A DNA stretch of 64,000 nt from positions 74,462,001 to 74,526,000 of the forward strand of contig NC_134468.1 in NCBI RefSeq assembly GCF_964194025.1, written 5' to 3'. This document shows positions 27,101 through 33,100 of the stretch, in pieces (the first letter of the stretch is position 1; every line of letters begins with the position of its first letter). The notes beneath the pieces are model-generated. The model ran no database searches and was not told the origin of the DNA. It saw only the letters and a list, made by a program, of their open reading frames with translations. The DNA is from Convolutriloba macropyga. Taxonomy: Eukaryota. A program made the translations under genes and the position numbers.

Positions 27101-30100
27101 GATCAACAACAAAATATGTCGGGAAGGGCGCTGAAGTATTTATTTTTCGAACTAGGAAAATTTCATGTGTATAGTGAGGTTTATATCCTTTCTGAAATTT
27201 GCCCTCTGCTAATGCCAACCTAACTTTATCTCCTACTTGAAACTTGGGCTTTGTATTTTTTCGTAGCTTCATTCGCTTGTACATGACAGTCAAAAAGTCA
27301 GCATTCACTACATCTTTGGGTGCCAACCCAATATTCCGATTGATTCTTGAGTTAATGACGTCAACAAACATTTGCAGTTCTTTGATATAGGTTAATGTGT
27401 CGTTTTCTTCCAGGTAGCGGTAAATTAAAACTTTCAGGGTTCGTATAGCTCTCTCGCCAAAAGCTACTTTCGTTTCACTATAAGTGTGATTATATTTGAT
27501 TCCCACGTCCTCGCAGAAATTGGCCATATCTCCGAAAAACTCTTTTCCCTGATCTAGCCATAATTTTTTTGGGAAATTGAGTTCGTTCTTTTTCGAACAC
27601 ATTTTGATAAAAGCTGCTTTTACGGCCTCTGCTCCTTTTCTCCGTAATGGTTCTACTCGCAGGTATCGAGAAAAAACATCTACAGTAACGAGTAAAAAGT
27701 TGATACCTCGATTCCATCGTGATAGTTTATCCATTTGCGCAAGATCCAAGCACCAAATCTCATCAATATAGCGAGCATGCGCATTTATCCGGGGAAATTT
27801 TCGTCTGATTCCTTTGTACTTCGTATAAGAGTCTTTTAACTGTAAAAATTCTGTAACTCTCTCGCGACTGATTCCACTTGCTTTTGTTAGGTTATTGATA
27901 GAACCGAAAGCTGTTGGTCCCTTCCCTTTATACAACTTCTGCAATTTGATTCTATCTGAAACTGTAATTGAACCAGTCTGAGCCATACTGTGTCCTCAAA
28001 ATGTTGTTTTTAACCAGATGTGTTCTCAGATTTAGAACTTTAAGAATAAGGAAATAGTTTGGATCAACTGGAGCGTTCTTCAATTTAATTGAATGAAGGA
28101 ATGTTTTTATGTCAACTCCTGTGTCAACGTTGTCGACAATAATTGTATTGGAAAGTGAAATTTTCAACCGTTTGTTTTCGTATATCTCTTTCAAAGTTTT
28201 CAATGTCTCAGGATAGTTCTTATAGTGAAATTCCAGGTCTGTATTAAGTTCTTTAGGTGGACGATTGGTTTTTTCGGAACGTTCTTCTTTCACTTTTTTG
28301 ATAACTGGGAAAATTGTTTCTTCTTTTTTATAGATCTCGCTGTAGGGTTCCGATGGTTTCCTTTTTCTGGTCTCCCACAGTTCTTTTGGAACAAGAACAA
28401 ACTTTTTGACCTCACTCATTGAAGAAAGTTGAAAATTTGTTCATACAAGGTTGGTATATGTAACTTAATATTGTTATTCCAGCTTTTGAGCCCAATATAA
28501 GTCTTCTGGAACTTAGGGTTGTTGATTTTGATGTGAGCTTTCTAAGTTGTTCTTGGAAGCGAGTGAACTGATTTCTTCTTAATCCTGTGAGGTTTCCTTT
28601 AATCAAGTTTACAATACACTCACAGAGAAATCTGATGAATTCCTTAGGACAATGTAGAAGGAAAGCTGGTTGAAATTTCTTGTTGAGATTCCGAAAGAGC
28701 TTCAGAGTATAATAATTCTGTGCGTTTATCATTAATATCACTAATACGAGCACGACTGTTCGGTACGAAGAATTCTGAAGGAAATGAAGTTACATTTGAA
28801 CAATATCTTAACAAATCAGGTGTAGATGGTCTCAAATCAATCATAAGATGCCCATATGGTTGTTGTGTAGCGTCATCATACCATTGTTTTAGTTGTTTTC
28901 CCAGACCCAGTTGTCTTCCCAATATATCAATTTGCTGCACATCTCTGGGTGATTTGAACAAAACAATGTGAGTAGTCTGAAGCTCGGCGTCACGTCCAGT
29001 TTTATTTTTGTGGAAGAGATTATGTTTGATATAAACACAATTTAAATTTTGATGTCTACCGGCTGTCGCAATTTCGTGGAATTTTTCCGACTTGGAAAGA
29101 ATGTCTAATGAGTCATCGAATATAAGTAAATATTTTGTGCCGTCAGCTGGTAAGTTCTCAATTAATTCAAAGTCAACACCCTGAATGAATTCTATACCTG
29201 CAATTGATTGCATCATTGTATCGTAAATTGTCTGAAAGTGCTTATAAAAGTATAAAATTCGATCAAAAGAGGGTTGAAAAGTTTTCATTTGCAGCATATC
29301 ATTAATGAAAACAGTTTTCCCAGATCCGGAAGGCCCAACAAGATACATCAGAATGCGTTCCTTTGTTGATATAATCTTGTTCATTTTATGCTCTGGGGTT
29401 AGGAAGTATGTAACCTACAGCACTTGAAAGAATAGCAATCCAAACTGTTCGTTCGTCACAAGTTCTAGCAAAAATAAGGTTGATAATTGAAAAAAGAAGA
29501 AGTATTAATACAACTAAGCACTGAAATATTGACAAAAAAGCTGTTCGAGAGCAAGTGCGTCCGCAAATTTTCCAAGGAGGTCGCTCCTGATTGTTATTAT
29601 CGAAAATAAAGTCAGCTGCGTGATTGTTATGATCTGTCATTAGAGTGCAACTGATTTTTGTTCGTGTTTAGGAAATAATGATTCACACTTTGATTGAATG
29701 GAATCGTGGTGAAAATTTCAGAAAACAACAATATGCTAGACCTGTTATATGTCCCAAGAAACAAAAGTTAAATTTTGAATTAGGGAATGGAACCAGGTAA
29801 CAGTACCCAGGACCAATATTTAGATTTGTTTTCAGGTATCCCGTTGCATCATGAAATGTGGCATGTAAACGAAAAATTTTCGACCAATTCAAAAGTTTTT
29901 CTAACTTTGAATCACCAACTCCTATTAGACCTCCAAAGGGAGCTTCTCTGTTAATTTTATCTAGATCTGCATTTTTGTCAAAACTTCGACAGACAGCCAA
30001 AAAATAATTTTTCCTTTTTGTATTTCCAACAAAAAGTTGACTGATTTCTTTTTCGAACTCTACAATTTCCTTAATATTCATATCAAGCAACTGTTCTGAA

Positions 30101-33100
30101 AGAATTTAATTCAAAAAGTGAATAAATAAAGACATCACATACATTATAAAAGTTTACAATTACTTTATGCACTTTGCGATTTTGTCGGGTTTTTGACTTT
30201 GTTCAGCACTGAAATAATTTCATTGCTCATTCGATGTAATTTCTGCAACTCCCCAATTCTGACAGAAAGGAAGCATTTCCTTCTAAAACTGTCCTTTTCA
30301 GTCCCTCGAGTGAAGAGCTTGATGCTGAAATAACATCGATTCGGATCATCTTGGTAAAATGTTCTGGTCACACATACTTTTCGCCTAGCAGTCTCACTCA
30401 ATTCTCAGAACACATCGAATTTTGCTTTTTCCTCCACATCAGTTGGCTGGAACAAAGTTTTGTCAATCATCAATTTTGCAGTAACTTCTGTGGGTTCAAA
30501 TTGTAGTGCTTCTTTCAACATCTCAGGTAATTTTTGGATGAAAATTTTCAATTCCCAGACCGACAGCATCAGAAACTGATGTAGAACAAATTCACCTTCG
30601 ACATTTTCGCGAAAGACTTTCAAGTGGGTCCAATTCGAGCTTGTGTTGATAGTCTCCTCTGGGATGCTGATTTGAAATTTCCGGTTGCTGTATTCTTGGA
30701 AAGACCAAAGGTTGTTGTTTCCTTGGTGATCCTCATTTGTTTTGCAAACAGTGTCCTCAACTTTCACGTTGGTATCGGTAAACAAAGAATATATGCTTTC
30801 ATTATGATAATCAAACTGGGAGGAAGGAGTAACTGGTCTTCCCTTATGGTTTCGTTTGCGGAAGGGGAAGGCGTAGGGTTTTTTGCTGTCAGCTGAGACT
30901 GAACTTTGATCCATCTGTGGCGTGTGAAGTAAGTAAAAGATGAGTTTTTAAAGCAAGAAAGGAAGAATTGAATAAATAAGGTAACTGAATATTGAAAACG
31001 AAAAGCAACAAATGAATGAATTATCTTCGAAGAGCTTCATAAATCGAACCAATGAAATTTTAGTAAGAACGAGAATTATTGCGACATCGTAACCAATGAG
31101 ATTATGTAAAAGCAGTCGTAACCAATGAGATTTGAGTGCTCATCATGACGTAATAGTTATGTCATTTCTAATTTTAGTAACATCACGTGACGTGACAAAT
31201 GTTGTCACGTGAGGGAGAATTTAGCAAAGAATACAAGAAAATGTTAAGACTTATATTGGAGAGCACCTGTAGTTCGAGAAAGAAACATTTTGATGAAGTG
31301 ATTGGTTCTCATCATTGTCATTTTCTTGGATAGGAGGAAGAATAAGATCTCGGAAATTGGGAAGATCGAAGGTTTCTGATTTTGTAGAAATTGTATCAGC
31401 ATGTTTGGAGAACATGTCTTCTACCCACCATACACCGTAGTGATTTATTTCACGAGAGTACGGGAACAAAATACCTTTGCAGTCTTTGAGTGGATGAAAT
31501 CCTTGTTCTTTTCGAATTCTCTCAATGGCCTGGAAATAAGTGGGGAGAGAAAGTACTGAATTGTTGACTTTTTCTTCTGCTAAGTGGAGGTCATGATGTC
31601 TAGCAGCCTCTAAAGTTCTCCACAAATCTTTCGGAAGTGTTAAGCTGGTAGTCTGTGTTTTTATTGTTACTCTTGTGCAATCCACCTCAAAGGATAATTC
31701 GATGTTGTTATCAGTTACTGTTGTTCTAAATTTCGATTCCTCTTTGTTGGGAACGAAATCTAGATCAGAATGAAATGTCGAAAGAAAAGATGTTGAAGGA
31801 AGAAAAGGAAGTGTTGGAGTAGTTTGCATTTTTTTAAGACCACTGATATTCAACTGAGACAAAACACAAAATGAACAGAGTTTCTCGGTCCTAGCTTATT
31901 TTAACATAGATTATACGAATGATATGATTGGATAAAAAAATTCATTATAGTAAAACATTTTTCAAAAAAAAACTAATGTAAAACTTTTACATAAAAAACT
32001 TCAAAAATTGAAAAATGGAAAAGAAAAATAAAAAACCGCAAAATTTGCATTTTCTGTTATAAACCTTATGTAAAAAAACGCATATTTGGAAGAAAGTTAT
32101 TTTAAGTAAAAACGATTTTTTTTCAAAAAAAATTACATTAAAAAACTTCAAAAACTGAAAAAATAGAAAAATAGAAAAATAAAAAACATCAAAATCTGCA
32201 TTTTTTGCTAAAACCTTATGTAAAAAACGACATTTTTGAAAGACATTTAATTTAAGTAAAACAATTCTTTTCAAAAAAAAATAATAAAAATTTACATGAA
32301 AAAAACTGCAAAACTGAAAAATGATAAAATAGAAAAATAAAAAAACATAAAAATCTGCATTTTTTGTTATAAACCTTATGTAAAAAACAACTTTTTTTAA
32401 ATAAGAAATATTCTAAAAAAATTAGCATTTCTATAAAAATAATTATTTTTTTAAATTAAACTCAAGAATTCGAAAAAAAATGAAAACTATTTTTTTTTCA
32501 AAAACTAACAAATGGAAAAAAAGAAAATTTCAAATTATACATTTTTCATCAAAAACCTTACGAAAAAAAAGACATTTTTCAACCAAAATTGATTTAATTA
32601 AATTAAAAAAAATTAAAATAAAAAAATTTTCATAAAAAACTTCAAAAATTGAAAAGTGGAAAAATAAAATTAAAAAAAAACAAAAATAATTATTTCCTTT
32701 CAAAAAAGTTTAAGTAGATAAGATTAGCTGAAGTGCATTAGAGCGGACGCATTTCCCTGGGGCAATTAAGATAATTATCCCTGGGTAATTACGATAAGAT
32801 GACAGGTCTATTTTTCTCACTCTCTTTTTAGGTACATCTTTGGAAATTGGACGAAAATAGGCTATACCTAATGTTAATACATAGGTACATCCTTTTACCC
32901 CCCCCCCAGGTCTGCTCAGCTACTACTACTGGTGCNNNNNNNNNNNNNNNNNNNNNNNNNNNNNNNNNNNNNNNNNNNNNNNNNNNNNNNNNNNNNNNNN
33001 NNNNNNNNNNNNNNNNNNNNNNNNNNNNNNNNNNNNNNNNNNNNNNNNNNNNNNNNNNNNNNNNNNNNNNNNNNNNNNNNNNNNNNNNNNNNNNNNNNNN

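Larger units (their letters stand above)
17847..32930. mobile_element. Full-length Polinton/Maverick (adintovirus-like, OTU-PolB type) endogenous virus, ~15.1 kb
   Basis: Terminal inverted repeats begin AGTAGT and end ACTACT. It encodes pPolB, rve integrase, packaging ATPase, adenain protease, and major and minor capsid proteins, with PolB convergent on the structural cluster. Confidence 0.96.

Noticed and set aside
19699-30407. Alternative genetic code or programmed read-through (TGA=Cys/Trp, TAA=Tyr/Gln) in the virus
   Set aside because: Each stop is one substitution from the expected codon, the implied amino acids are inconsistent, and neighbouring genes use TAA/TGA as normal terminators.
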